From Monocercomonoides exilis PA203 (lineage: Eukaryota > Protista > Preaxostyla), in contig LSRY02000023.1 of assembly GCA_001643675.2 (NCBI GenBank), positions 434,001-498,000 of the forward strand: a stretch of 64,000 nucleotides of DNA. Reading direction: 5' to 3'. Position numbers and translations under genes: made by a program. The notes under the pieces were generated by a model. It saw only the letters and a list, made by a program, of their open reading frames with translations. It made no database searches and was not told where the DNA came from. This document shows positions 53,066 to 64,000 of this stretch, one piece after another. Each line of letters begins with the position of its first letter. The stretch's first letter is position 1.

Positions 53066-54260
53066 AAATCATCTTTCCTCAAAAATAATTCTTTGCCAAA
53101 GCCCAATGCTGGGAATCTTCGAAATATCTTGAATTTCATCTGTCTGTCTTTATTTTTTCCCCCAAACTTTTCTTTTTATTCTTCAAAATCATCTTATCCT
53201 TCGCTCTTTCAGCATTCTTAAAACAAAATAATAATCACTTCAAAAAAACAACAACAACAAACCTTCCAAACTTTTTTATTGGCAATATCTATATTTTATT
53301 CAGTTGGTATCTGTTTTCCTCCAATTAAATTTTTTTATTCCTTCCTTTTTCAAGTGTTTCATCATCTGATTTGCCAACCATCCTTTCCAGAAGTCATTTT
53401 AGCTTCAAATGCATTGATTTCCCTTCCTTCTGAAAAATGTGAAATTTATGCATTCTGCTCAATTCCACCCTCATCATTGAAAAATATCCTGTTTTTTCCG
53501 TCTGAAAATATAACTCCAATTCCCTTCCCAATCCCTTCACCCTGTGCACTTTTCGTATGAATTCGCTCTCCCAACTCGATGGTCAGCCTGCACAATGAGA
53601 TATCCCGCTTTCATTCATTTTCATTCTTTTTGACCTGCTGCCCCTAAAACAGCACAAAAAACATCAACAGGCTAATATTCATATATGGAAAAATAAATAA
53701 ATATCGAACTTCCTTCTCTGCCTTTTTATTAGCAATTATTCTTTTCCTCATCAATCATACAAATATTTTCACTTAAAACAAAGAAAGAACACGTGTTGAT
53801 TTCCTAGAAGAAAGATTTGTTTTAAAGCATGTGTTTTCCTCATAAGTTAACAAAAAAACAAACCTCGATACAACGTCAATGTGGAGAAAAATTGTTGAAA
53901 GAATATTTTGAAATAAAGTTATGGAATTTTTTTCTAATTGAAAAGAGTGCAAAACACACATTTTTTTAATCATTTTTAATGAATATTGTTGTTTTAATAA
54001 TTATGAAATGTATGAACGCAAATAGAAAATACACATTTTCTCGTTCTTAAAAGAACAAAAAAGAAAAAAATTTTCACAGATTTTTGATCTGAAAATTTGA
54101 GATACATTTTTCGAAAAAGAGGTCACACCTTGGCACCCCTTTTTTTGATATATTTCACACACCTTCATAACAGCAAATCGATTCGTGCAAAAAAAATGCC
54201 ACCCAAGGTGTGACCCTCGTGGGATACCTTAAAAAATTTTTTTCCAATTGATCTTATCCA
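53066..54260. repeat. Left arm of long inverted repeat (~1195 bp; diverged similarity extends out to ~52860)
   Basis: Reverse complement of 60141-61335. Identical mirror ORFs at 53279..53560/60841..61122 and 53773..53973/60428..60628. Confidence 0.95.
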
Positions 54261-55217
54261 AAATTTTTTGTGTTTGAAAATTATTATTTTAAATGTTTAT
54301 TATTTGGAGAATAACAAAGTATATTTGATATTTGTATTTGTAATTTACACACTTAATTTAGTGAGATTCATGAATTTTTTTTTTTATTTTTTATTTTTTT
54401 TTTTTTTGTGAAAAACATATTGAAATTAAGAATTATCTTTCATCGATATTATTTATAACTTGTTTTTTTTTAAAAAAATTACAATTATAAATTCATTTGT
54501 TTTATAATTTTGAACATTAATGTTGTGCATTATTGTTGATTAAAATTTTTTAGTTATCAAACCAGTTCACTTTGCACAATGTTGGATATGTTTCAAAATT
54601 AATGAATTGGTTCTTTGAAACAACAACAAACAAACAAAAAAACTGAAACACTTGAAAAACAAAAAAAAAAAAACAAATAAAAACAATTTCAAAAAACTTT
54701 TTGCAACATCAAACGATATACAAAATAAACAATATTAACATCTTGTTCATTCTAGCAAACACAAACTTATTCGTTTTCAATTTCATTCTCTCGAAATTCT
54801 CACTCATCATTATCAAATTACCAAATATTCTGAACAATGAAAGGAAAAAGAAAAGGTTGCACCAAAACAGCTGATTTATGGAATCAATGGCAATACCAAA
54901 CAAAAAAGATAGCAAATACTTCAAGTACAAAAACTAACTTGACTGTTTTTCTTTTGTTTTCCATCACATCGACACTTTCTGATATTTCTCTCACTTTGAC
55001 TCAAAAAGATCAAATCCAACAAAGAAAAAAGACAAACACAATGATAAAACAACATTCCACACTCTCAACAACTCTCCCTTCCAGAAACCTCACTCAAAGA
55101 TCAATGAATTCCCTCACAACTCTCTCAATTAATGAATCTCGATAAATACAAATATATGCGGGACAATAACCAATTTAATAATAGGGACATTATAGGGACA
55201 AAAACCACAAGAAAACA

Positions 55218-55365
55218 ATCGGATTCTAACTGTTGTGCACCTGGGAGGCTGTTCGTCGTATCCAGGTCCGGATAAAGCAGCCCGAAGGCTGCAATATCTA
55301 ATACGAACAGTCATGTCCAGCACCCTTCCGATAGAGTGCTAGCTAAGCATGCACAACAACTAGTT
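55218..55365 (-). ncRNA. Candidate structured RNA directly 3' of the transposase-USP stop codon
   Basis: GC-rich island with nested stems: 55231-39/55350-58 (9 bp), 55319-26/55333-40 (8 bp with one G.U on the minus strand), 55249-56/55303-10 (8 bp), 55277-82/55287-92 capped by c(UUCG)g on the minus strand, and 55259-63/55270-74. Loop 55327-32 is exactly complementary to 55218-23. Confidence 0.5.
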
Positions 55366-55367
55366 TC

Positions 55368-56734
55368 TTAATAGGTGACACCATTAATACAATTTTGAGA
55401 TTCATTTAAAGATGAAGAGTCAAGAAGAAGATCAAATCTTCTTGAAAGAAGATCTTGAGAAGATTGAGAAAGAAGAGAAGAGTTAGATGATGTGATATCA
55501 GAGTGAAATGACTTCCTTGTTCGTTGCACTTTTTCTTTCATTGTCGAAGATTCGAGGGCAACCAGAGAGCGTTGAGGAAGATATCCAACAGCAGATGCGC
55601 AGACAAATGAGCCCTTGCGCTCAAAATACAAGTAGTCCTTCATGTGAGGGATTGACAGCGATGGCCATGAAATTTGCTGAGATGGTACGTACTCTTCAAA
55701 GTACCTCTCATGAACAGAGTCATTGACAGATGATGTTGATAGAGAAGAATTAGTTGAGGATGATTCAAAAATGTCTTGTTGTGATGTCGAAGAAGCAGAT
55801 GTCGATGTGTTCATGTTGTTTTCGAAGAAGTTGATTAAGTCGTAAAGTGTGGTGATGTGTTCAGTTGATAGGTTGTTGTTGATTGTGTTCACAAGTGCAC
55901 CAAATTCACTATCGCAAATATTTTTTCCATGATGCTCAGCGAAGAAGTTGAGTTGAGAATTTTTCTTTTTTAGGAGTTTCGATTGTTTGGAGAGGATGAA
56001 GTGAAGAAGGAAGCGATTTCGGTTGTGTGGACCAGAATCGCAGAAGAACTTATAAGTGTGAGTGTCTGAGAAGAAGTGTCTTTTGATCACAGATTCCAGA
56101 CACTCAATAACAAATCTGTGATCATTTGAGAGGCAGTCAGAGAAGAAGTTGAAAGTTCTTTTAATTTGTTGATTGTTTATTTTTTGAAGTGAGATGATTG
56201 TGAATTGAGAAACTTGTTGATAGTTGAAGAATTCTTGTTGAAGTTGGTTTTTTCTAATAGGCAGCTTCCATTTCTCTTTGAAGTCAAAAACGAAGACTGC
56301 CTCACCGTCTTTGAGATTGTTAACAGTTGATTGATAATGTTTCCGTTGCATTTCTGCTACAAGTCGATGCTGACGAAGAAGTTTGAGTGTATGAAACTCG
56401 GCGGAAGAAAGTCCATTTTTGTTTTGAGAAGATTTAAGTTTGTTTTCGAGATAGTTCAACTTCTCACACATGCCGCAGAGATCTGTGCGCCTTTTTGCTT
56501 TGGAGAAGTTGGTTGTGAGCTTGTAAAAGTGAGATAATGAAACTTTGATGTTTGTTTCATCTGTAAACTCTTTCCATAATTTCGTCTTGGGCTTAAAGAT
56601 TAATCTCTTTTCATTGGGAGAAAAGATGCTTGTTTTCTTTCTTCTTTCTTTAAGTTCTTCCAATCCATAGTTAGTTGTTATTGATGATGATAGTTGTGGA
56701 ATGGAAGTTGTTCGAGGAGGTGGTGTGATGAGTA

Positions 56735-56770
<36 letters not shown>

Positions 56771-58357
56771 GCGTTGCTGTTGTTGTTGTCGAAGTTAGTG
56801 CTGCTGTTGTTGTTGATATGTTATTTAAATTGTTCAAATTTGATGTTTCTGAAGAAGAAGAACCACCAAATAGAATTGATGAAAAAGTTGGTTTGGCTTT
56901 TTCTTTGATATAGAATGAAAGGGAAGAAGTGTATCCTTGAATGTGAAGATTATTCCATGATGAATTCCAACAATCACTCTCCAATTCAGTCACATCAGCA
57001 TCATTGCAAATGCACCATTTGATTCCATTTCCGCTCTTTCTTTTCACAACTGCTATATAATGCCCGTTTTGTTGATCCATTCGCTTATGGAGTATCTGCC
57101 CAATAAGATGATATATGATGATTTCCTTATTGCTCTCTTGAAGATGTTGAATGTTTTCTGCTGAATACCCTTTGCAGAACGAACGCTGGTTTGCACGATC
57201 AGTTTCAATCAGAAGAGTTCGTGAAGGAGCAGAGCTAGCAGAGTCAGTGCATTCGTGACAGAGGGCCAGCACCTCTGGAAATGCAGCCATTTCCTCCCAT
57301 CTCTCAGCACAGCATTTCTCTTTGCACTCGTTGCAACAAACGGTGTTCTTTCCAATTAAAACTTCAGTTGCAAAAAGAGATGATAGGCCGTTGTGAGGAG
57401 AAGAAGAATTGATTACGACACTGTTGCAAACTTCGTTGAAACGTGATGTAATTTTTTGGCAATTTTGGCATTTAAAATGAGTAATCAAAACAGGGTTGAA
57501 TGTGTCCTTGTTTATCAACTCATCTGTTTGAAGAAGTTGGCAAAGATTGTCGAATGCATGAGCCACATTTTGCTGTTGCCTTTTTCCAAAGTTGCAGAAT
57601 TCTTCCCATTTATTAATAAGCGATGGGACCCACGAACGCACTGCCATTCCATCTTTAGCCAATTGTTGACAAACACTAATAACACGCGAAGATGTGTTCT
57701 TCATAGCTGTTTGTTTTTTGAGAAAAGATGGCTTTTGTGATATGATTGAAGATAAGCATTGAAGAAGAGAGGCCAGATAGCAAGTATTTCCTAAATTTTG
57801 CAAGCCTTTAACTGTTTTTGATGAAGAACTGGAATCTTTGTTAATGTTAGAAAATATCGATGAAGAAGGAGATTGAATTGAAGGAAGAACATCCATTTTG
57901 TTGCTGTTTGAGATGATTTGTGGAGAATAATCATGAAGTGTTTCATCTCTATCATCTGCTTGTGTGTTATGAAGAGAAGAAGTGATACTGCCTTTTGAAA
58001 ATGATGACAGAAGATTTTGAAAAGCCTGAGGAGGAATAAGTGTAGGTGAAGTTGCATATTCAACTAATTGATCACTCACCCACACATCATTGTTGCTGAA
58101 GGAAGAAGTGTTTGTTGTTTCTTTTTGTTGTTTTTTGGAAGATGAGGAGGATGAGGAGGATGAGGAGGATGAGGAGGATGAGGAGGATGAGGAGGATGAG
58201 GAGGATGAGGAGGATGAGGAGGATGAGGAGGATGAGGAGGATGAGGAGGATGAGGAGGATGAGGAGGATGAGGAGGATGAGGAGGATGAGGAGGATGAGG
58301 AGGATGAAGATGAGGAAGATGAAAAAGAAGGTGAAGAAGAATATGAAGAAGAAGAAG

Positions 58358-58388
<31 letters not shown>

Positions 58389-59356
58389 TGATGATTTTTT
58401 TGTTTTGAAGAATTTGTGAATTGGAATGGGCGAAGGAGACGAGTGACGTTTTTGATGTGATTTATTTGTTTTTCTTTTTGTTGATCTCCTTTCTCTCATA
58501 ATTGGAGTGTTGATTGGAGCATCAATAGATTGAGAAGGTGAAGAATTTGAAGAAGGAGATTTTTTTTCTGAAACGACATTTGATTTTTTATTTTGTTGAG
58601 ATGATGATGAAGAAGAAGAAGATTGTTTTTTCTTTGAAGAGGAATTTTCTGTAATTATATCTTCTTCCCAAGCTGCTTCATCAATAAATCTTGCATAATC
58701 CGGTTCTGCTCGCTGCTTTTTCTTTGCTGACTGAAGCGAAGTTGAGGCTTCAGTGGAATGGGCTAACATCCAGTTGTTGCCCTTTTCCCAATCCTGTTCA
58801 TTTAAGCCTAAAATAAACAGAGAAAATTATTCAAAAAAAATTCAAATAAAAACAAACCACTTTTACAAGACGGTAGATGTGGTTTTTGAGGCTGGACAAT
58901 AAATCCTTGGTTCTTCTTTAAAGTTTGTTTTGCATAAATGTATTTGCCTTCTGTGACATCATATCCATAGTCTTGTAAATCGGATAATGATGTGTTTCGA
59001 GACAGCGCCTGTAGCATTGTTGTCTGAGTGTGCAATGGAGCGTTGTTGTACACAACAGACATGTCTTCGAGCAGCTTTATATGATATTCTGTTTGAAAAA
59101 AAATAAATAATAAACAAAAAAATAAGAAAATGACAAATATGACAGTTCATGAATTTTTCTATATAAAACTTGAAAAAATAAAAATCAAACCGTTTAATGT
59201 CTTCAGTAAATCGTTTATTACTGAAGATGATTGCCTATAGTTGTAAAACAGATAGACAAGCAATGCATCCACGTCATCTCCACCGATGCGTTCAATTTCT
59301 TTCCAAAGAATTTTCGATTGTGAATTAAGAGTTGATTGAGGTTTCGAAAAAGACAT
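55368..59356 (-). CDS. Sola-like DDD transposase with an in-frame ubiquitin-specific protease (peptidase C19) domain, 1278 aa, 3 exons
   Basis: join(59356..59191, 59088..58858, 58807..55368), with both GT-AG introns phase-consistent. USP (~57806-56901) has GLQNLGNTCYLASLLQCL, two CxxC pairs and LH......GHY........WCICND..V. The transposase has SLSHFYK, TDLCGMC, H, VFDFKEK (D at 56283-85), SD...D, FCDSGPH.R (D at 56037-39) and FFAEHHGKNICD (D at 55911-13). Confidence 0.85.
58141..58302 (+). repeat. (GATGAGGAG)18 9-bp tandem array encoding a poly-Ser linker of the fusion protein
   Basis: Perfect periodicity seen directly. Confidence 0.95.
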
Positions 59357-60140
59357 TTTTGCGAATAATTTAATTTATAATGGAATTTTTAATGTGAAAA
59401 AAAACCTTTTTATTCCTTTGTCATCCTCCATTTTCTAAAATTATTTATTCACTTTCTCCAATAATAATTTTGTCAAAAGACATTCAGTAATCCAAAAAGC
59501 TCACAAATAAAGTCACAAAATTAAAAGAAAATAACTTCAAAAAAGTTGATAATTCACAAAATATTATTATTATTCCTTCTTTTTTTCAATAAAAATTGTG
59601 TTGTTTGATTCCAAAATGAAAGATTATTTTTCAAGAAAAAAAATTAACGAGAGATGAACATTTTGAAAAACTTTTTGATTTTTTTCATTTTCATTCAAAG
59701 GAAAAAATTGAAGATATCTGTTTGGATGACTAATTAAAATATTTTTGATAACAGATATAAATATTTTTTTTTCACAAATACAACCTTGAAGAAATTATAT
59801 GTTTTTTCGATTTATTCGTTCAAAATCAAATGTGGAATTTTTTTATTTGCACAATAATGATGAAACATTTTTTGTTCAATTTTTCAACTTTTGGAAACCT
59901 ACTCAAGATAATTTCTTCTTTTCTTATTTTGTTGATTCAATAAAGTGAAATATAATAATTCATTTTCAAAACTTTCACGAATAAATGTCAAAATTTAAAA
60001 TTTCTTTCAACAAAAGTGGACGAACAACAAAATATCTCACAAACCAATGTCAGAATGTTAAAATTTTTGTGCAAACAATGAATTAAAAATAATCTTTTCA
60101 AAATATAATATTCACATAATTGAATAAAATAAAAAAATTA

Positions 60141-61335
60141 TGGATAAGATCAATTGGAAAAAAATTTTTTAAGGTATCCCACGAGGGTCACACCTTGGGT
60201 GGCATTTTTTTTGCACGAATCGATTTGCTGTTATGAAGGTGTGTGAAATATATCAAAAAAAGGGGTGCCAAGGTGTGACCTCTTTTTCGAAAAATGTATC
60301 TCAAATTTTCAGATCAAAAATCTGTGAAAATTTTTTTCTTTTTTGTTCTTTTAAGAACGAGAAAATGTGTATTTTCTATTTGCGTTCATACATTTCATAA
60401 TTATTAAAACAACAATATTCATTAAAAATGATTAAAAAAATGTGTGTTTTGCACTCTTTTCAATTAGAAAAAAATTCCATAACTTTATTTCAAAATATTC
60501 TTTCAACAATTTTTCTCCACATTGACGTTGTATCGAGGTTTGTTTTTTTGTTAACTTATGAGGAAAACACATGCTTTAAAACAAATCTTTCTTCTAGGAA
60601 ATCAACACGTGTTCTTTCTTTGTTTTAAGTGAAAATATTTGTATGATTGATGAGGAAAAGAATAATTGCTAATAAAAAGGCAGAGAAGGAAGTTCGATAT
60701 TTATTTATTTTTCCATATATGAATATTAGCCTGTTGATGTTTTTTGTGCTGTTTTAGGGGCAGCAGGTCAAAAAGAATGAAAATGAATGAAAGCGGGATA
60801 TCTCATTGTGCAGGCTGACCATCGAGTTGGGAGAGCGAATTCATACGAAAAGTGCACAGGGTGAAGGGATTGGGAAGGGAATTGGAGTTATATTTTCAGA
60901 CGGAAAAAACAGGATATTTTTCAATGATGAGGGTGGAATTGAGCAGAATGCATAAATTTCACATTTTTCAGAAGGAAGGGAAATCAATGCATTTGAAGCT
61001 AAAATGACTTCTGGAAAGGATGGTTGGCAAATCAGATGATGAAACACTTGAAAAAGGAAGGAATAAAAAAATTTAATTGGAGGAAAACAGATACCAACTG
61101 AATAAAATATAGATATTGCCAATAAAAAAGTTTGGAAGGTTTGTTGTTGTTGTTTTTTTGAAGTGATTATTATTTTGTTTTAAGAATGCTGAAAGAGCGA
61201 AGGATAAGATGATTTTGAAGAATAAAAAGAAAAGTTTGGGGGAAAAAATAAAGACAGACAGATGAAATTCAAGATATTTCGAAGATTCCCAGCATTGGGC
61301 TTTGGCAAAGAATTATTTTTGAGGAAAGATGATTT
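60141..61335. repeat. Right arm of long inverted repeat (diverged similarity extends out to ~61540)
   Basis: Reverse complement of 53066-54260. Confidence 0.95.
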
Positions 61336-61564
61336 GAGTGAAAGAAGGGGAAGTAAAAGAAGAAGAGATGGAATGAAAAAGAGATTGTTGCGTGCTTTGT
61401 ATTTTTTGTTGGAGAGAGAGAAAAAGATTGAGCTGAAAGTGAAAAGGATTCAGATGTTTCTCCCTGCAGAAGAAGACAATAACCTGAAGACGAGAATTTC
61501 AATGAATATCTCCGTTGATGTAAATTGACACTCATCTTCTTTAAATCCAACAATTAATCATTTC

Positions 61565-64000
61565 ATGACATTCATTCATCATCTTCTTCTTCTTCATAAT
61601 CAAATATTTCAACATCATATCATACAGTATCTTCTTCTGTTTTCTCTTTCTCTTCCTCATCATTTTCATCCTCCTTATCCTTCTCTTTCATTTCATGCAC
61701 CTTTCATTCACCTCCTCCTCTCAACCAACAGATCTTCCCTTGTTCCTTCTTCATTGGCTCTTCAATTCTCTTCTCTTTCTCCATCTTTCCCTTCTCTCTC
61801 TTCTCTCTCTCACATCCCTTCTCTCCCTCATTCTTTTCTCACTCAACAGCTTCTTTCTCAGTCAACTTCACCTGATCTTTCTCCTTTTCCTCCGCCTTTC
61901 TTTGATGAAGACAACGAATTTACAAACATTCGCACAAGAAAACTTCAATTGAGGCAGAACAGACTGAGATGGGTGCAGAAAAACAAGCAGATGTCGAACA
62001 AAGAGCAGAGGAAGCTGGCTATTTTCACTGGAATATTTGAGAATGGGAATAATTGGAAAGATAGAAAAGGAAAAAGAGGAAATGGAGTGAGATGAATAAC
62101 ACGAAAAACAGCAATGAGGGAGAGAGAGAAGGAGAAGTGGAAGGAGAAACTGAAAGAGAGAGAGAAAGAGAAAGAGAAAAGAGAGAAATTTCATGATTTA
62201 AAACTATTAGGCGATTGGGTGGAGCTTCTTGATACAGACGAGGCAGTCGATGAACGTGGAGTCAATCCATTGACACTCGAAAACTCCTCATCTTCCAACA
62301 CAATCAACACATTTGATTTTCCTGGCTATGCAACCAATCTTATTGACAACTTTCTCTTTGAGCAATTACTGAACAATGGCGATGGCATTCTGCGAAGAAG
62401 ATTCGGTTCGCTTGCAAACAGCCTCATTTCGAGCAGAGAATTGTCTGTTTTTCAGTCAGATGCGATCTGAATCCATCTTTTGTGCCTCGAAGACAAAGAC
62501 TGAGAAAAAGCAATCAAAATTCAACATAAACCTTTTTTACTCATTCAATTGCTGGCATTGGCACAGGAACAGGAACATCTCCTTCTTCATTACCCAATGA
62601 ATCTTTTATTTCTCTTTGTCAGCCATCTCCTTCTCCCTCTCCTTCATCATCATCATCATCATCATCATCTTCTTCTTCCTCTTCTTCTGTCTACCAATCA
62701 GAGCCAATTTCATTCAGAATCCATTCTTCTGCTTATTCCTCCATTCCACCTGCCATTTCAGCCACTTCTTCATTCAATTCCCCCACCTCTTCCATCACAA
62801 AGACACAAACTTCAACCTCTTCTTCTTCTTCTTCTTTCTCTTCTTCCTTCTCTTCTTCCTTCTCTTCTTCTTATTCTTCTTCGTTGCTGCCCTTTTCTAG
62901 AAACAAATTTCTGACAGGCGTTGAGCAGCAGATGAGGTGGATGAGGCAGCAGTTCGGAAGAAGAAGGAAAAGACAAAATTTTGTTCTTTCACGATATGCG
63001 TTTGAGGCGCTGCCGCTGTTTGCAGAGTTTCGGATGGTGGAGCAGAATGCAGAGAATTTGGAGAAGAGGAAGAGAGAAAGAGAGAGAGCGAAGGAAAGAG
63101 AGAGAGAAGCAAGGAACGAGAGGAGAGAGGAGAGAAGAACAAAATTACTGATAAGTTGAGGAAGGAATTAAAGCATGCAAGTGATAGGGATAATAGCTAC
63201 AATGAAAATGAATATTTAGCAAAAGCAGAAGAAAACGAGAGTATATCATTGATTAGAAGAAATTCTCTGAAGAAAACAAAAAAGAAAGAAGAAAGTGAAT
63301 GCCTTTACAACAGCTCCATCTTCAGCCATGAAGACAGGAGAAGAAAGATGAGACACAAACAGAGATAAAAACTGCTTCGGCTGATGAAACCGAAGGAGAT
63401 ATAGAGGAAAGATGAATGAGAAAGATGAGCGGGAGAGCAGGAAAATGGAGAAAGAAGAAAAAGACAAGAATTTGTTTAACAGCATCCCAGGAATACTACA
63501 ACCACACCTTGAGACAGGCACGCCGAACAACCAGAAGGAGAACAAAATGGCCAGCTAGGCACAGCAAGAGGCGAAAGAAAGTCAAACGCCAATTTTGACG
63601 AGAGAGCGGAAATTGGACTGCATGCTGAATGATTTAGCCAATTCTGACTTAGAAGATTTGGACAATGAACTGGATGTGCCTTGCCGCTATGTGCGTATTA
63701 AAAGCGAAAAAAAACAGGCAATTTGTGTGGAAGATGCGAAAATTGCCTGTGTGTGCAGCAGTCGACGCGAGGCAGACGAGAACAAGACTGGATCTAATGA
63801 GTGCGCTGAAGATCGTTCTTAAGCAAAGACGTGCGGAACTGCAAAGAGGAAGCATAAGTGACACACAGAAAGGGAAGGAAAGGAGAAGGGAAAAGATAAC
63901 CGCAACTGTTTCAGAAGGAGAAATGGATAAGAACCTGTAGAAAGAGCAGTGTACCTGGGAGAAGAGATGCGCTGTCGTTTTCAAAATTGGAATCTTTCTT
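61565..64000 (+). pseudogene. Degenerate coding remnant, family unidentified
   Basis: ORFs 61565-62095, 62114-62470 and 62549-62914 lie in the same frame, separated by stops. Further protein-like fragments continue to 63940. Confidence 0.4.

Larger units (their letters stand above)
53066..61335 (-). mobile_element. Sola-like DNA transposon with long inverted repeats, carrying a transposase-USP fusion gene
   Basis: Inverted repeats 53066-54260 / 60141-61335 (coordinates sum to 114401) enclose a single transposase-like gene. True termini are uncertain (possibly GAG 54119 ... CTC 60282). No TSD identified. Confidence 0.75.

Noticed and set aside
53279-53973. ORFs in the long inverted repeats (93 aa and 66 aa, mirrored at 60428-61122)
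   Set aside because: No recognisable domain. The more coding-like opposite frame has several stops, so at most a pseudogene fragment.
55262-55283. CAGGTCCGGATAAAGCAGCC resembles the bacterial SRP RNA helix-8 motif CAGGUCCGGAAGGAAGCAGCC
   Set aside because: The stem needed around the tetraloop and the flanking helix do not pair, and the surrounding stems imply a different fold. Treated as coincidence pending a cmscan search.
55368-56700. Fanzor/TnpB interpretation of the ORF plus downstream RNA
   Set aside because: No RuvC motifs (D.G, E.L, C-terminal zinc finger followed by RD.NA). The acidic motifs fit a Sola-like DDD transposase instead.
61565-62914. Stop-codon reassignment as an explanation for same-frame ORFs separated by stops
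   Set aside because: Intact genes in the window end in TAA, TAG or TGA, and very long ORFs are stop-free under the standard code. Decay is the simpler explanation.
1-64000. tRNA, rRNA or spliceosomal snRNA genes
   Set aside because: No cloverleaf with T-loop and D-loop consensus, and no rRNA or snRNA signature recognised by eye.

Overview
Eukaryotic, AT-rich protist DNA with short GT-AG introns, the standard genetic code and pervasive TCN-encoded poly-serine. This style suggests an oxymonad such as Monocercomonoides (inference only). Positions 1-43 kb are gene-dense. They hold a 5'-truncated prokaryote-like P2-type ATPase, a DUF1295 membrane protein, Tad3/ADAT3, a DUF866/CZIB zinc protein, a giant (~8750 aa) Hobbit/BLTP2/FMP27 bridge-like lipid-transfer protein, a low-complexity hypothetical protein and a 9-exon calponin-homology protein. 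Positions 43-64 kb are a transposon-rich zone. It contains a broken pogo/Fot1-like transposase with nested insertions, a ~2 kb near-perfect palindrome carrying two copies of a CAGT-type MITE, degenerate coding remnants and a 57-copy 9-bp array. The main candidate novel system is an apparently intact element flanked by ~1.2 kb inverted repeats. It encodes one spliced 1278-aa protein in which a catalytically complete USP (peptidase C19) deubiquitinase is inserted in-frame inside a Sola-like DDD transposase. Immediately after its stop codon lies a ~150-nt GC-rich, multi-stem, putatively pseudoknotted sequence that looks like a structured RNA. All family assignments come from motif recognition by eye, not database searches.
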